Below are positions 11,944 to 28,820 of a stretch of 64,000 nt of DNA, piece after piece. Position 1 is the first letter of the stretch. Each line of letters starts with the position of its first letter. Location: NCBI RefSeq assembly GCF_054482525.1, contig NZ_CM137006.1; one strand, written 5' to 3'. The notes under the pieces were generated by a model, which worked only from the letters and a program-made list of their open reading frames with translations, made no database searches and was not told the origin of the DNA. Position numbers and translations under genes: made by a program.

Positions 11944-12942
11944 ATGAAAACGTTAGGTGAATTTATTGTCGAAAAGCAGCACGAGTTTTCTCATGCTACC
12001 GGTGAGCTCACTGCTTTGCTGTCGGCAATAAAACTGGGCGCCAAGATTATCCATCGCGATATCAACAAAGCAGGACTGGTTGATATCCTGGGTGCCAGCG
12101 GTGCTGAGAACGTGCAGGGCGAGGTTCAGCAGAAACTCGACTTGTTCGCTAATGAAAAACTGAAAGCCGCACTGAAAGCACGCGATATCGTTGCGGGCAT
12201 TGCCTCTGAAGAAGAAGATGAGATTGTCGTCTTTGAAGGCTGTGAACACGCAAAATACGTGGTGCTGATGGACCCCCTGGATGGCTCGTCCAACATCGAT
12301 GTTAACGTCTCTGTCGGTACCATTTTCTCCATCTACCGCCGCGTTACGCCTGTTGGCACGCCGGTAACGGAAGAAGATTTCCTCCAGCCTGGTAACAAAC
12401 AGGTTGCGGCAGGTTACGTGGTATACGGCTCCTCTACCATGCTGGTTTACACCACCGGATGCGGTGTTCACGCCTTTACTTACGATCCTTCGCTCGGCGT
12501 TTTCTGCCTGTGCCAGGAACGGATGCGCTTCCCGGAGAAAGGTAAAACCTACTCCATCAACGAAGGAAACTACATTAAGTTTCCGAACGGGGTGAAGAAG
12601 TACATTAAATTCTGCCAGGAAGAAGATAAATCCACCAATCGCCCGTATACCTCGCGTTATATCGGTTCACTGGTTGCGGATTTCCACCGTAACCTGCTGA
12701 AAGGCGGTATTTATCTCTACCCAAGCACCGCCAGCCACCCGGACGGCAAACTGCGTTTGCTGTATGAGTGCAACCCGATGGCATTCCTGGCGGAACAAGC
12801 GGGCGGTAAAGCGAGCGATGGCAAAGAGCGTATTCTGGATATCATCCCGGAAACCCTGCACCAGCGCCGTTCATTCTTTGTCGGCAACGACCATATGGTT
12901 GAAGATGTCGAACGCTTTATCCGTGAGTTCCCGGACGCGTAA
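11944..12942 (+). CDS. fbp: fructose-1,6-bisphosphatase class 1
   Basis: 332 aa from ATG at 11944; ORF-track frame extends upstream. Confidence 0.95.
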
Positions 12943-12950
12943 TCTCCTGC

Positions 12951-12977
12951 GCCTCTCCACACGGAGAGGCGTTTTTA
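12951..12977 (+). terminator. rho-independent terminator after fbp
   Basis: gcctctccacacggagaggc stem-loop followed by TTTTT. Confidence 0.6.
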
Positions 12978-13970
12978 TCGCTGCGCAATATTGACTCTTG
13001 CCACTGGCGAACTCTGGCGATTCTCCCACAGCACCGTTAATCCACGCTGTAATGCTATAAAAATAAACAACAAAATACCGATGGCGATTTTCGTCCACCA
13101 TGAGCTCAGCGTGCCATCAAAGTTTATGTAAGTCTGAATCAGTCCCTGAATCGCCACGCCAAAAAGCGTTCCCAGCACCGTTCCTACCCCACCACTTAAC
13201 AACGTACCACCAATCACCACCGACGCGATGGCGTCCAGTTCCACACCTACGCCCGCCAGCGCATATCCTGCCTGGGTATAAATCGAGAAGACAATCCCCG
13301 CCAGCGTTGCCAGTCCGGTGGAGAGCATATAAATGCGAATAGTGGTGCTGCGAGTGGAAATCCCCATCAGGTTCGCCGACGTTGCGTTGCCGCCAATGGC
13401 GTATACCTGATTACCAAAACGGGTACGATGCGCGAGGAATATGCCGATAACCACCACCGCCAGCATCAGCAGCCCCATCGCACTTAAGCGACCGCCGCCA
13501 GGGATTTTCCATGCAAGGCTTGAGAGCGTGTCATAAATGGGGTGGTTTATCGGGATCGACTCTTCCGAAACGAGATAGCTGACGCCGCGCAAAAAGAACA
13601 TCCCTGCAAGGGTAATGATAAATGCCGGGATCTTCAGGGCGTCGATCAAAAGCCCCATAAATGCGCCAAAGGCACAGCCCATTACCAACACCAGCGGAAA
13701 CGCCAGCAACGGCGAGAGGCCGAAATCGCCAATCACTTTTGCCAGAAACACGCCGGTAAAGGCGATCACCGAACCGACGGAGAGATCGATCCCACCGGAG
13801 AGGATCACAAAGGTCATGCCAACGGCGATGATCCCCAGAAAAGCGTTATCGGTCAGGATATTGCAGATCACTCTTGTGGAAGCAAAACCGGGAAACTGCG
13901 TCAGACAGTAGAGATAACCCAGCACAAAGACGCCGATGGTGATCATCAGCGGCAGGTTACGTTTTATCAC
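12975..13970 (-). CDS. yjfF: galactofuranose ABC transporter permease
   Basis: 331 aa polytopic permease; last gene of ytfQRT-yjfF cluster. Confidence 0.9.
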   Translation of the reverse strand: MIKRNLPLMITIGVFVLGYLYCLTQFPGFASTRVICNILTDNAFLGIIAVGMTFVILSGGIDLSVGSVIAFTGVFLAKVIGDFGLSPLLAFPLVLVMGCAFGAFMGLLIDALKIPAFIITLAGMFFLRGVSYLVSEESIPINHPIYDTLSSLAWKIPGGGRLSAMGLLMLAVVVIGIFLAHRTRFGNQVYAIGGNATSANLMGISTRSTTIRIYMLSTGLATLAGIVFSIYTQAGYALAGVGVELDAIASVVIGGTLLSGGVGTVLGTLFGVAIQGLIQTYINFDGTLSSWWTKIAIGILLFIFIALQRGLTVLWENRQSSPVARVNIAQR

Positions 13971-14982
13971 GGCTACGCACTCCTTTAATCAGACTGATAA
14001 AGCGTTGCGACTGAACAATCAACACGCAAAGCACCACTACCGCTTTCACCACCTGGTTCATCTCTGGCGGAAAGCCCGAAAGCAAAATTCCGGTGTTCAT
14101 CCCCTGAATAATCAGCGCCCCTACCACTGAGAGCAGCAGGTTAAAACGCCCGCCCATCAGCGATCCGCCGCCAATCACCACCGCAAGAATGGCGTCCAGC
14201 TCCAGCCATAATCCGGCGTTGTTGGCATCGGCACCGCGAATATCCGCCGCCACGATAATGCCCGCAATCGCAGCACACAGCCCGCTCAACACATAAGTGA
14301 GCATGACGATGATTCGTGTGTTGACTCCGGTATTTTTGGCCGCCCGAATGTTGATACCAACGGCTTCGATAAACATCCCCAGTGCCGTTCTGCGGGTTAA
14401 CAGCCAGAAGAGGAGAAGCGTCAGTACCGCAATAATGACTGGTGTTGGCAGGAACACCAGCGATCCGCTGCCAAACCAGGAGAGATCCGGCGAGTTAAAC
14501 GTGACGATCTGTCCGGAGGTGATCAGTTGCGCCACGCCGCGCCCGGCGACCATCAGGATCAGGGTGGCAACAAACGGCTGAATTTTGAGGATCGCTACCA
14601 GTATGCCGTTCCACAATCCCGCCAGGATGCCAGTGCCCAGGGCACTTAACAAAACAATTGGCAGGCTGAATCCCGCGACCGTCATCGCAGCCGTTGTGGC
14701 TCCGGCGATAGCCATCACCGCCCCTACGGAGAGATCAATCCCACCAGTGGCGATAACCAGCGTCATGCCAATCGCCAACAGCGCAACGGGGGCCGCACGG
14801 TTAAGAATGTCGATAGGGCTACCGAACAAACGCCCATCCTGAAGCACCACCTGCCAGAAATGCGGGGCCACCAGGCTATCGACCAGCAGCACCAGCAACA
14901 GTGCTACCAGCTGCGGCATTCCTGTTGGCCAGCGAAAGCGCCTTTTCGGCGGCGTAGTGTCCGGGAGAGATTGAGGCATCAC
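13957..14982 (-). CDS. ytfT: galactofuranose ABC transporter permease
   Basis: About 341 aa; start codon uncertain within the first nine codons of the ORF-track frame. Confidence 0.88.
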   Translation of the reverse strand: MMPQSLPDTTPPKRRFRWPTGMPQLVALLLVLLVDSLVAPHFWQVVLQDGRLFGSPIDILNRAAPVALLAIGMTLVIATGGIDLSVGAVMAIAGATTAAMTVAGFSLPIVLLSALGTGILAGLWNGILVAILKIQPFVATLILMVAGRGVAQLITSGQIVTFNSPDLSWFGSGSLVFLPTPVIIAVLTLLLFWLLTRRTALGMFIEAVGINIRAAKNTGVNTRIIVMLTYVLSGLCAAIAGIIVAADIRGADANNAGLWLELDAILAVVIGGGSLMGGRFNLLLSVVGALIIQGMNTGILLSGFPPEMNQVVKAVVVLCVLIVQSQRFISLIKGVRSRDKT

Positions 14983-14992
14983 ACTGTTCTCC

Positions 14993-16495
14993 TTACGCCG
15001 CAATGGCGTTCATGATCGCCGGAACGGAAAGCTCTGCCAGCGGGATCTCCGCCACCTGTTTGCGATCGCGCATGATAATCACCCGGTCGGCATAGCCCAC
15101 CAGCTCTTCCAGTTCAGAGGAGATCACCAGCAGCGCCAGACCATCAGCGCACAGCGTTTCAATCAGGCGGATGATCTCGGCATGCGCACCAACGTCAATG
15201 CCGCGCGTTGGCTCATCGAGGATCAGAAATTGCGGTCGGGTCAGTAGCCAACGTGAAAGCAACACTTTTTGCTGATTGCCGCCGGAGAGAAATTCAATCG
15301 GTTGTTCAGTTGAAGGTGTGCGAATGCCAAGCTGGCGGATAAAGCGTTGGGCAATCTCTTGCTGTTCTTTGCGGGAAATCGGTCGTAGCCAGCCGCGCTG
15401 GGCCTGGAGAGCGAGGATGATATTTTCCCGCACCGAGGCGGCAGCGATGATGCCATCGGTTTTCCTGTCTTCCGGGCAGAAGCCAATGCCCAGTACCGAA
15501 GCCTGATGTGGTGATCGCAGGGTTTGCGGTTTGCCTTTGATCAACGCCGTGCCGCTGTCAGCAGGTTTGATCCCGAAGATCACTTCGGCGGTTTCGGTAC
15601 GTCCTGATCCCAGCAAGCCTGCCAGGCCAACGATCTCGCCGGGGCGTACTTCGAGATCAAACGGTGCGATCGTTCCTTTTTTGCCGTAATTTTTGAACGC
15701 GGCAACGGGTTTGTCGCTCAGCAATGTTCGTCCGGCACGCTGTAGCGCGTGGGTGTCCAGCTCGCGCCCCAGCATCATTTTTACCAGTTCGATCTGCGGT
15801 AGCTCGCGGGTTTCCCGACAGCCTACGAAACTGCCGTTGCGTAAGACGGTGATCCGATCGCTGACCTGATAGACCTGATCGAGAAAGTGAGTGACAAAGA
15901 TCAGGCTGACGCCGCGATCGCGCAACTGACGCATCAGGCCAAACAGTAACTCTACTTCCTGAGTGTCGAGGCTGGCGGTGGGTTCATCGAGGATCAGCAC
16001 TTTGGCAGAGAGATCGATAGCCCGGCAAATGGCGACGATTTGCTGCATCGCGACTGAAAAGCGGTTGAGCGGTTCCCGCACGTCGAGGGAGAAACCGTAA
16101 GATGCCATCAGTTCGGTGGCGCGCTTTTCCATCTCTTTACGGCGTAGAAGGCCGAAACGTTTGGGTTCGCGACCTATGAATAGATTATCAGCGACCGACA
16201 TATTGGGTAGCAGGTTGACTTCCTGATAGACGGTGCCGATGCCGAGTTGTTGTGCATGGGCGGTATTTTTCGGTGAGATAGTCTGGCCTTCCAGCCAGAT
16301 GGTGCCACGATCGGCGTGGTAGACACCGGTTAATGCTTTGATTAGCGTTGATTTTCCCGCCCCGTTTTCACCGAGCAGCGCCATGATTTCACCACGGCGC
16401 AGGCTGAAATCAACGTTGTCTAACGCTTTGACGCCGGGGAAAAATTTACTTAATCCTTCGGTGCGGAGGATTTCCTGGTGTTGGTTAGTATTCAT
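14993..16495 (-). CDS. ytfR: galactofuranose ABC transporter ATP-binding protein (duplicated ATPase)
   Basis: 500 aa from ATG at 16495; two Walker A motifs. Confidence 0.9.
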   Translation of the reverse strand: MNTNQHQEILRTEGLSKFFPGVKALDNVDFSLRRGEIMALLGENGAGKSTLIKALTGVYHADRGTIWLEGQTISPKNTAHAQQLGIGTVYQEVNLLPNMSVADNLFIGREPKRFGLLRRKEMEKRATELMASYGFSLDVREPLNRFSVAMQQIVAICRAIDLSAKVLILDEPTASLDTQEVELLFGLMRQLRDRGVSLIFVTHFLDQVYQVSDRITVLRNGSFVGCRETRELPQIELVKMMLGRELDTHALQRAGRTLLSDKPVAAFKNYGKKGTIAPFDLEVRPGEIVGLAGLLGSGRTETAEVIFGIKPADSGTALIKGKPQTLRSPHQASVLGIGFCPEDRKTDGIIAAASVRENIILALQAQRGWLRPISRKEQQEIAQRFIRQLGIRTPSTEQPIEFLSGGNQQKVLLSRWLLTRPQFLILDEPTRGIDVGAHAEIIRLIETLCADGLALLVISSELEELVGYADRVIIMRDRKQVAEIPLAELSVPAIMNAIAA

Positions 16496-16521
16496 AGTTT
16501 CCCCCGTTGTAAAGCGTGCGC

Positions 16522-16600
16522 CAGATAAGACACAACAGCGTCGCATCAGGCATCTCGCACAACCGCCGGATGCGGCGTGAATGCCTTATCCGGCGGCCCA
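16522..16600. repeat. REP elements in ytfR-ytfQ spacer
   Basis: gataagacacaacagcgtcgcatcaggc and gccggatgcggcgtgaatgcc motifs. Confidence 0.6.
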
Positions 16601-16627
16601 CAAGTCGGCATTAGGCATTGATGCCCC

Positions 16628-17584
16628 TCAATACCCCATGTTTTTCTTCTTCTCTAACTCTTCTTTTGCGGTATTAGGCAGGTAAAGGGTGGACTTGGTC
16701 AGGGTCAGCTTTTCAGGCATGGTGCCGTCTTTTTTATATTTCTCCAGCGCATCAAAAGCGGGGCCTGCCATGTTCGGCGTCAATTCAACACTGGCGTTCG
16801 CTTCGCCATCAATCATCGCTTTGTAGATGTCCGGCACACCGTCGATAGAGCCTGTCAGGATATCTTTGCCCGGTTTCAGGCCCGCTTCTTTAATTGCCTG
16901 AATTGCACCAATCACCATGTCATCGTTATGGGCGTAAACCATGCAGATGTTTTTGCCGTTGTTTTCCGCTTTGATAAAGCTCTCCATCACTTCTTTGCCT
17001 TTGCTGCGGGTGAAGTCACCTGACTGCGAGCGGATAATTTTGATATTTGGCGCATTCTTAATGGCTTCGGCAAAGCCTTTCTTACGGTCAATGGCGACGC
17101 TGGCCCCAACGGTGCCCTGCAGCTCCACCACGTTGCATGGTTTGCCATTCACTTCTTTTACCAGCCAGTCACCAATCAACTTGCCTTCGAGGATGTTGTC
17201 GGCGGTGACAGTGGTCATATAGAGAGATTTGTCTTTCACATCGATGGAACGGTCAAGCAAGAAGACCGGGATTTCGGCATCTTTCGCCTCTTTTAATACC
17301 GGCTCCCAACCGGTCGCTACCACTGGAGCGATAAAGATCGCATCCACCCCTTGCGCGACGAAGGAACGTACCGCTTTAATCTGGTTTTCCTGCTTTTGCT
17401 GACCATCGGCAATTTTCAACGTAATTCCGCGCTTTTCGGCTTCACTTTTCGCCACATTGGTTTCTGCGGCGCGCCAGCCGGATTCCGATCCGACCTGCGA
17501 AAATCCAACGGTTAATGGAGCGGCCAACGCCATAGACGACATGGCTGCCGAGACTGCAGAGACTACAAGTAAGCGTTTCCACAT
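16628..17584 (-). CDS. ytfQ: periplasmic galactofuranose-binding protein
   Basis: 318 aa with signal peptide; periplasmic sugar-binding fold. Confidence 0.9.
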   Translation of the reverse strand: MWKRLLVVSAVSAAMSSMALAAPLTVGFSQVGSESGWRAAETNVAKSEAEKRGITLKIADGQQKQENQIKAVRSFVAQGVDAIFIAPVVATGWEPVLKEAKDAEIPVFLLDRSIDVKDKSLYMTTVTADNILEGKLIGDWLVKEVNGKPCNVVELQGTVGASVAIDRKKGFAEAIKNAPNIKIIRSQSGDFTRSKGKEVMESFIKAENNGKNICMVYAHNDDMVIGAIQAIKEAGLKPGKDILTGSIDGVPDIYKAMIDGEANASVELTPNMAGPAFDALEKYKKDGTMPEKLTLTKSTLYLPNTAKEELEKKKNMGY

Positions 17585-17893
17585 AGGGTTGTCCTCGTCG
17601 GGGTAATTATTATTGGTGAAAAGATGTTCGCGAAAAAACTATAGACAATTCGTTATGTAACGGATTGCGTTACATCACACTTCAAAAAAGTAAATAAAAC
17701 GTTAATCACAAGTTTGTAATCGCTTTCACCTCACTATGAAAAATGCGGCTACGGTTATGGATTTTCCTGCTCTTTAAACCATCTTAAAACTGGCTAAAAA
17801 GGAAAATGAAGAAGAAAACAAGCGAAGACATTCGGCGCGAGTTGGCTATAATACTCGGCACTTGTTTGCCACATATTTTTAAAGGAAACAGAC

Positions 17894-18424
17894 ATGAGCT
17901 TACTCAACGTCCCTGCGGGTAAAGATCTGCCGGAAGACATCTACGTTGTTATTGAGATCCCGGCTAACGCAGATCCGATCAAATACGAAATCGACAAAGA
18001 GAGCGGCGCACTGTTCGTTGACCGCTTCATGTCCACCGCGATGTTCTATCCGTGCAACTACGGTTACATCAACCACACCCTGTCTCTGGACGGTGACCCG
18101 GTTGACGTACTGGTCCCGACTCCGTACCCGCTGCAGCCGGGTTCTGTGATCCGTTGCCGTCCTGTTGGCGTTCTGAAAATGACCGACGAAGCCGGTGAAG
18201 ATGCGAAACTGGTTGCGGTTCCGCACAGCAAGCTGAGCAAAGAATACGATCACATTAAAGACGTTAACGATCTGCCTGAACTGCTGAAAGCACAGATCGC
18301 TCACTTCTTCGAGCACTACAAAGACCTCGAAAAAGGCAAGTGGGTGAAAGTTGAAGGCTGGGAAAACGCAGAAGCCGCTAAAGCTGAAATCGTTGCCTCC
18401 TTCGAGCGCGCAAAGAATAAATAA
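17894..18424 (+). CDS. ppa: inorganic pyrophosphatase
   Basis: 176 aa; recognised Ppa sequence. Confidence 0.95.
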   Translation: MSLLNVPAGKDLPEDIYVVIEIPANADPIKYEIDKESGALFVDRFMSTAMFYPCNYGYINHTLSLDGDPVDVLVPTPYPLQPGSVIRCRPVGVLKMTDEAGEDAKLVAVPHSKLSKEYDHIKDVNDLPELLKAQIAHFFEHYKDLEKGKWVKVEGWENAEAAKAEIVASFERAKNK

Positions 18425-18429
18425 GTTCT

Positions 18430-18480
18430 TCTAGCGTAATAACCCTGAACGCCGGGCTTCGGTTAGTAGGGGTTTTTTAT
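18430..18480 (+). terminator. probable ppa terminator
   Basis: GC-rich hairpin-capable segment ending in ggggtttttt. Confidence 0.4.
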
Positions 18481-18502
18481 GCCCGCGATAAATAAACACA
18501 CC

Positions 18503-18853
18503 TTATTCCACCACCGCCTGCAAACGTAATAACGCCTCTTCCACCACCTCACCCGCAGCCAGACCAATACGCTTTGCCAGCCGGGCGCGTAGATCCATCA
18601 TCCGCACCTGATTCACCAGCACCACGCCGTGCACATCGCCTTCTTCGCAATGTAAAGGAACGCTAAATCCGGCATAACGGGCAAAATTTCCGCCCTGCGT
18701 AATGGGGGCCACCAGCGTCATTCCCAGTTGATTAAAGGCTTGAACGGAGAGCACAAGCGCAGGTCGACCAGCACCTTGCTGTTCATGGCCGCTTGCTGGA
18801 TCAAAGCCAACCAGCACAATGTCTCCCCGTTCAAATTCACTTTTCTTTACCAT
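18503..18853 (-). CDS. chpB: ChpB (ChpBK) MazF-family endoribonuclease toxin
   Basis: 116 aa; PemK/MazF fold sequence. Confidence 0.9.
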   Translation of the reverse strand: MVKKSEFERGDIVLVGFDPASGHEQQGAGRPALVLSVQAFNQLGMTLVAPITQGGNFARYAGFSVPLHCEEGDVHGVVLVNQVRMMDLRARLAKRIGLAAGEVVEEALLRLQAVVE

Positions 18854-19098
18854 ATTTCGTCACCCGCAGGGGTGGATTTACCCCAGACATCCTGCTCGCT
18901 AAGTTCCGTGGCGTTCATGTCACACTGTGCCAGCAGTTCATCAAGCGAGTAGCGCCTGGAGATGGGTGTCAGAATCAGTTGATTGTTGCTCACTTGCGCC
19001 TCCACGCTCTGCCCCGGCCGTAAGTTAAGTTCTTTCATCACAACATTAGGAATGACCATACCTGAACTGTTCCCCCATCTTTTTATGGTAATACGCAT
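18847..19098 (-). CDS. chpS: ChpS (ChpBI) antitoxin
   Basis: 83 aa from second Met; AbrB/MazE-like. Confidence 0.9.
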   Translation of the reverse strand: MRITIKRWGNSSGMVIPNVVMKELNLRPGQSVEAQVSNNQLILTPISRRYSLDELLAQCDMNATELSEQDVWGKSTPAGDEIW

Positions 19099-19113
19099 CT
19101 GCACCTCCTTAAG

Positions 19114-19128
19114 TTATACAAAGTATAA
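19114..19128. promoter_or_regulatory. inverted repeat TTATACaaaGTATAA upstream of chpS (candidate operator)
   Basis: Perfect 6-bp arms read from sequence just upstream of the chpS Shine-Dalgarno. Confidence 0.4.
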
Positions 19129-19270
19129 CTCACGGTGCTACAGGAAACGTTTTACCCCTGCGCATTTGTGAACGCCAGCAGAGTTTTTTATGCGTTAACA
19201 GATATGGAAAGCGGCTCGGAGAGAAAAGCAAAAGGTGAGGGAATTACAAAACAGAATGCGAGTCGTCTCG

Positions 19271-19300
19271 CAAAAAACAACGCCACCCGAAGGTGGCGTA
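19271..19300 (-). terminator. rho-independent terminator downstream of ytfP
   Basis: acgccacc/ggtggcgt stem followed by T-run on minus strand. Confidence 0.55.
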
Positions 19301-19309
19301 TGCGTATGG

Positions 19310-19651
19310 TTACTTATCCCTGTCTAACCAGTCGCCGCTTTCAATTAGCTTTAATCCATCGACGGGTCGTTGATAAACGTACATCCATGCACTCCCGTAC
19401 GGCGTCTGAATCAACTGGCGCGCGTATTCACCGCCCCTGGTGCGCAAGGCATCAAGTTCGGCCAGCGTGGCGTTGTCAATACGATAAACTTCACCGTGTA
19501 CTGTTCCGTTCCCCAGAACTGCGCCTGGATAGTGGCCCAGGCTATACAACTGGTAGTTATCGATACTGAAATCGCCCAGTAACTGGGCATTGGTCATCCA
19601 GTGACTGTTGCCTTGTTTGTGGCGTAAACTGCCGTAGACAAATATTCGCAT
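19310..19651 (-). CDS. ytfP: gamma-glutamylcyclotransferase-family protein
   Basis: 113 aa; recognised YtfP. Confidence 0.9.
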   Translation of the reverse strand: MRIFVYGSLRHKQGNSHWMTNAQLLGDFSIDNYQLYSLGHYPGAVLGNGTVHGEVYRIDNATLAELDALRTRGGEYARQLIQTPYGSAWMYVYQRPVDGLKLIESGDWLDRDK

Positions 19652-19653
19652 TG

Positions 19654-25205
<5,552 letters not shown>

Positions 25206-25368
25206 TTAAACGGCTTAACAAAAATCCAGTAATATGGATTAAAAAGCAGACTAAACCCCAAATATTTCTTATGTTTTACTTTAGACCTATTCACGGCGGT
25301 TATTGTGTGCAAATACGCCTCTTGTTACAACCTTAACCCCAATGACCGATTTTCGGGAGAGCGACACC

Positions 25369-26007
25369 ATGAGTTTATTCGATAAAAAGCATCTGGTTTC
25401 CCCCGCCGATGCCCTGCCTGGACGTAACACCCCGATGCCCGTAGCCACACTGCATGCGGTCAACGGTCACTCAATGACCAATGTACCTGACGGAATGGAG
25501 ATTGCCATTTTTGCGATGGGTTGTTTCTGGGGTGTGGAGCGTCTGTTCTGGCAGTTACCCGGCGTTTACAGCACCGCCGCAGGCTATACCGGCGGCTATA
25601 CGCCAAATCCGACTTATCGGGAAGTGTGCTCCGGTGATACAGGTCATGCCGAAGCGGTACGCATTGTTTACGATCCTTCCGTCATCAGCTATGAACAGTT
25701 GCTACAAGTATTTTGGGAGAATCACGATCCCGCCCAGGGAATGCGTCAGGGCAATGACCACGGCACGCAGTATCGTTCAGCGATTTATCCACTGACCCCA
25801 GAACAGGATGCTGCTGCTCGCGCCAGTCTGGAACGTTTTCAGGCGGCGATGCTTGCCGCCGATGACGATCGTCACATCACCACGGAAATCGCGAACGCCA
25901 CACCGTTTTATTATGCCGAAGATGACCACCAGCAATATCTGCATAAAAACCCGTATGGTTACTGTGGAATTGGCGGAATTGGCGTCTGTCTGCCGCCGGA
26001 AGCATAG
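25369..26007 (+). CDS. msrA: peptide methionine sulfoxide reductase A
   Basis: 212 aa; GCFWG active-site motif. Confidence 0.95.
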
Positions 26008-26043
26008 CGTTACGGGTACAAATGTAGATTGTTGATAAAGTGC

Positions 26044-26150
26044 TATTTGTCTATGCCGGATGCGGCGTAAACGCCTTGCCAGGCCTACAAAATCGTCCAA
26101 AATCAATATATTGTGGGGACTGCGTAGGCCTGATCGGCGTAGCGCATCAG
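26044..26150. repeat. REP elements in msrA-ytfL spacer
   Basis: gccggatgcggcgtaaacgcc ... ggcctgatcggcgtagcgcatcag. Confidence 0.6.
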
Positions 26151-26329
26151 CCAGTTTTTCATTTATCAGCAGTCTGAATTTTAACCCTCTGGCGGCTTTA
26201 CAGTACCTTACGCTATACTAGCCACTGAAAATGCCGGTTCACTTTCTTCGAATCGGCTTTCAATGTGTATTTCACACAAATTAATCAACTTCCCCTTCCG
26301 AGGATCTGGCCTGAAAGGTCGGATAAGAT

Positions 26330-27673
26330 ATGTTAAACAGTATTTTAGTCATACTCTGCTTGATCGCTGTAAGTGCGTTCTTCTCGATGTCCGAGATCTC
26401 GCTTGCGGCCTCACGCAAAATCAAACTTAAACTGCTGGCTGATGAAGGCAATATAAATGCCCAACGCGTTCTGAATATGCAGGAAAATCCCGGCATGTTC
26501 TTTACCGTGGTCCAAATCGGTCTGAACGCAGTGGCGATTCTCGGCGGTATCGTCGGTGATGCGGCATTTTCTCCAGCTTTTCACAGCCTGTTCTCCCGCT
26601 ATATGTCGGCAGAACTCTCTGAGCAACTGAGCTTTATTCTCTCTTTCTCGTTAGTGACTGGCATGTTTATCCTGTTTGCGGATTTAACCCCGAAACGCAT
26701 CGGTATGATTGCGCCAGAAGCAGTGGCTTTGCGTATCATCAACCCGATGCGCTTCTGCCTGTACGTTTGCACCCCGCTGGTGTGGTTCTTCAACGGCCTG
26801 GCGAACATAATCTTCCGTATTTTCAAACTGCCAATGGTACGTAAAGATGACATCACTTCTGATGACATCTACGCGGTAGTGGAAGCCGGTGCGCTGGCGG
26901 GCGTGTTACGTAAACAGGAACACGAGCTGATTGAAAACGTCTTTGAGCTGGAATCCCGTACCGTTCCGTCTTCAATGACACCGCGTGAAAACGTGATTTG
27001 GTTTGATCTCCACGAAGATGAGCAAAGCCTGAAGAATAAGGTGGCGGAACATCCGCACTCTAAGTTCCTCGTCTGTAATGAAGATATTGACCACATCATC
27101 GGCTATGTCGATTCTAAAGACCTGCTGAACCGCGTGCTGGCTAACCAAAGCCTGGCACTGAACAGCGGCGTACAAATTCGCAACACGCTGATTGTGCCGG
27201 ATACGTTAACCCTTTCAGAGGCGTTGGAAAGTTTTAAAACCGCAGGTGAAGACTTCGCGGTGATCATGAACGAGTACGCGCTGGTGGTGGGGATCATCAC
27301 CCTCAACGACGTGATGACCACGCTGATGGGCGATCTGGTCGGTCAGGGGCTGGAAGAGCAGATTGTCGCCCGTGATGAGAACTCATGGCTGATTGACGGC
27401 GGCACCCCAATTGACGACGTCATGCGCGTGTTGGATATTGACGAGTTCCCGCAGTCGGGCAACTACGAAACCATTGGAGGCTTTATGATGTTTATGCTGC
27501 GTAAGATTCCGAAACGCACCGATTCGGTGAAATTCGCCGGCTACAAATTTGAAGTGGTGGATATCGATAACTACCGCATCGACCAGCTGCTGGTGACCCG
27601 AATCGACAGCAAGGCCACCGCCCTTTCGCCAAAATTGCCTGATGCTAAAGATAAAGAAGAAAGCGTCGCGTAA
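26330..27673 (+). CDS. ytfL: CNNM/CorC-family membrane protein (DUF21-CBS-CorC_HlyC)
   Basis: 447 aa; recognised YtfL. Confidence 0.9.
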   Translation: MLNSILVILCLIAVSAFFSMSEISLAASRKIKLKLLADEGNINAQRVLNMQENPGMFFTVVQIGLNAVAILGGIVGDAAFSPAFHSLFSRYMSAELSEQLSFILSFSLVTGMFILFADLTPKRIGMIAPEAVALRIINPMRFCLYVCTPLVWFFNGLANIIFRIFKLPMVRKDDITSDDIYAVVEAGALAGVLRKQEHELIENVFELESRTVPSSMTPRENVIWFDLHEDEQSLKNKVAEHPHSKFLVCNEDIDHIIGYVDSKDLLNRVLANQSLALNSGVQIRNTLIVPDTLTLSEALESFKTAGEDFAVIMNEYALVVGIITLNDVMTTLMGDLVGQGLEEQIVARDENSWLIDGGTPIDDVMRVLDIDEFPQSGNYETIGGFMMFMLRKIPKRTDSVKFAGYKFEVVDIDNYRIDQLLVTRIDSKATALSPKLPDAKDKEESVA

Positions 27674-27734
27674 CCCCCAGAAACATCAACGGCTCCTGAA
27701 TCAGGAGCCGTCTTATTACTGCATAGCACTTTGG

Positions 27735-27941
27735 TTAAGCCATCTCTGTTTGCAGACGCATAACCTGACGGTTAACTTCGGACATCACTGACAAATGCAG
27801 CTTATCCTTCACTTTTGGGATAAGAATCTTACCCTTATCAAATTCAAAAGCGCCAACGTCCTTGATGTATAACCGTCCACGGAACAGGATCTTTACGTAC
27901 TTCGCCACCTGAAGTGGGTTGTACCGTTGGAAAATTTTCAT
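27735..27941 (-). CDS. ytfK: small protein YtfK (DUF1107)
   Basis: 68 aa from internal Met of the 90-aa ORF-track frame. Confidence 0.85.
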
Positions 27942-28265
27942 TGTTATCTCCTGCTGAGTATTACGCCTGTGCGGTGCCACAATCGGCCCAACTATTATGA
28001 GGCGCAAATTTTAATGCTTAGTGACTATAGACTATCCGGGCAATGTTTCCACCGCGTATAACTTTTTTTACCTAAAGGTTACAATTATTCAGAATTATCT
28101 TTTTACCGAAGCGCCGTCTTCAGTATAAGCATTCATTTTTCATATGATTTGTGCGCTTGACCGCAAACTGGCATCACACTTGCGGGAAATTCGATAAATA
28201 GCACATATGATTAAAACTCAGACCCAAGTGGTCGGATCACCTGCATATCATAAGAAGGAAACACC

Positions 28266-28820
28266 ATGACCCTACGCAAGATTCTGGCACTCACCTGCCT
28301 GCTGTTGCCGATGATGGCTTCCGCACATCAGTTCGAAACCGGTCAGCGAGTGCCGCCGATTGGCATTACCGATCGGGGCGAGTTGGTGCTTGATAAAGAT
28401 CAGTTTAGCTACAAAACCTGGAACAGCGCGCAGTTAGTGGGAAAAGTGCGAGTACTGCAACATATTGCTGGTCGCACCTCTGCAAAAGAGAAAAATGCGA
28501 CACTGATTGAAGCGATTAAAGCTGCGAACTTACCGCACGATCGTTACCAGACCACCACCATTGTTAACACCGACGACGCAATTCCGGGTTCCGGCATGTT
28601 TGTGCGCAGCAGTCTGGAGAGTAATAAAAAGCTTTATCCCTGGTCGCAGTTTATTGTCGATAGCAATGGCGTCGCGCGCGGTGCCTGGCAGCTGGATGAA
28701 GAAAGTTCCGCTGTAGTGGTGCTGGATAAAGACGGTCGCGTGCAATGGGCCAAAGACGGGGCGCTCACACAGGAAGAGGTGCAGCAAGTGATGGACCTGC
28801 TGCAAAAGTTGCTCAAATAA
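28266..28820 (+). CDS. ytfJ: periplasmic protein YtfJ
   Basis: 184 aa with signal peptide. Confidence 0.9.
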   Translation: MTLRKILALTCLLLPMMASAHQFETGQRVPPIGITDRGELVLDKDQFSYKTWNSAQLVGKVRVLQHIAGRTSAKEKNATLIEAIKAANLPHDRYQTTTIVNTDDAIPGSGMFVRSSLESNKKLYPWSQFIVDSNGVARGAWQLDEESSAVVVLDKDGRVQWAKDGALTQEEVQQVMDLLQKLLK

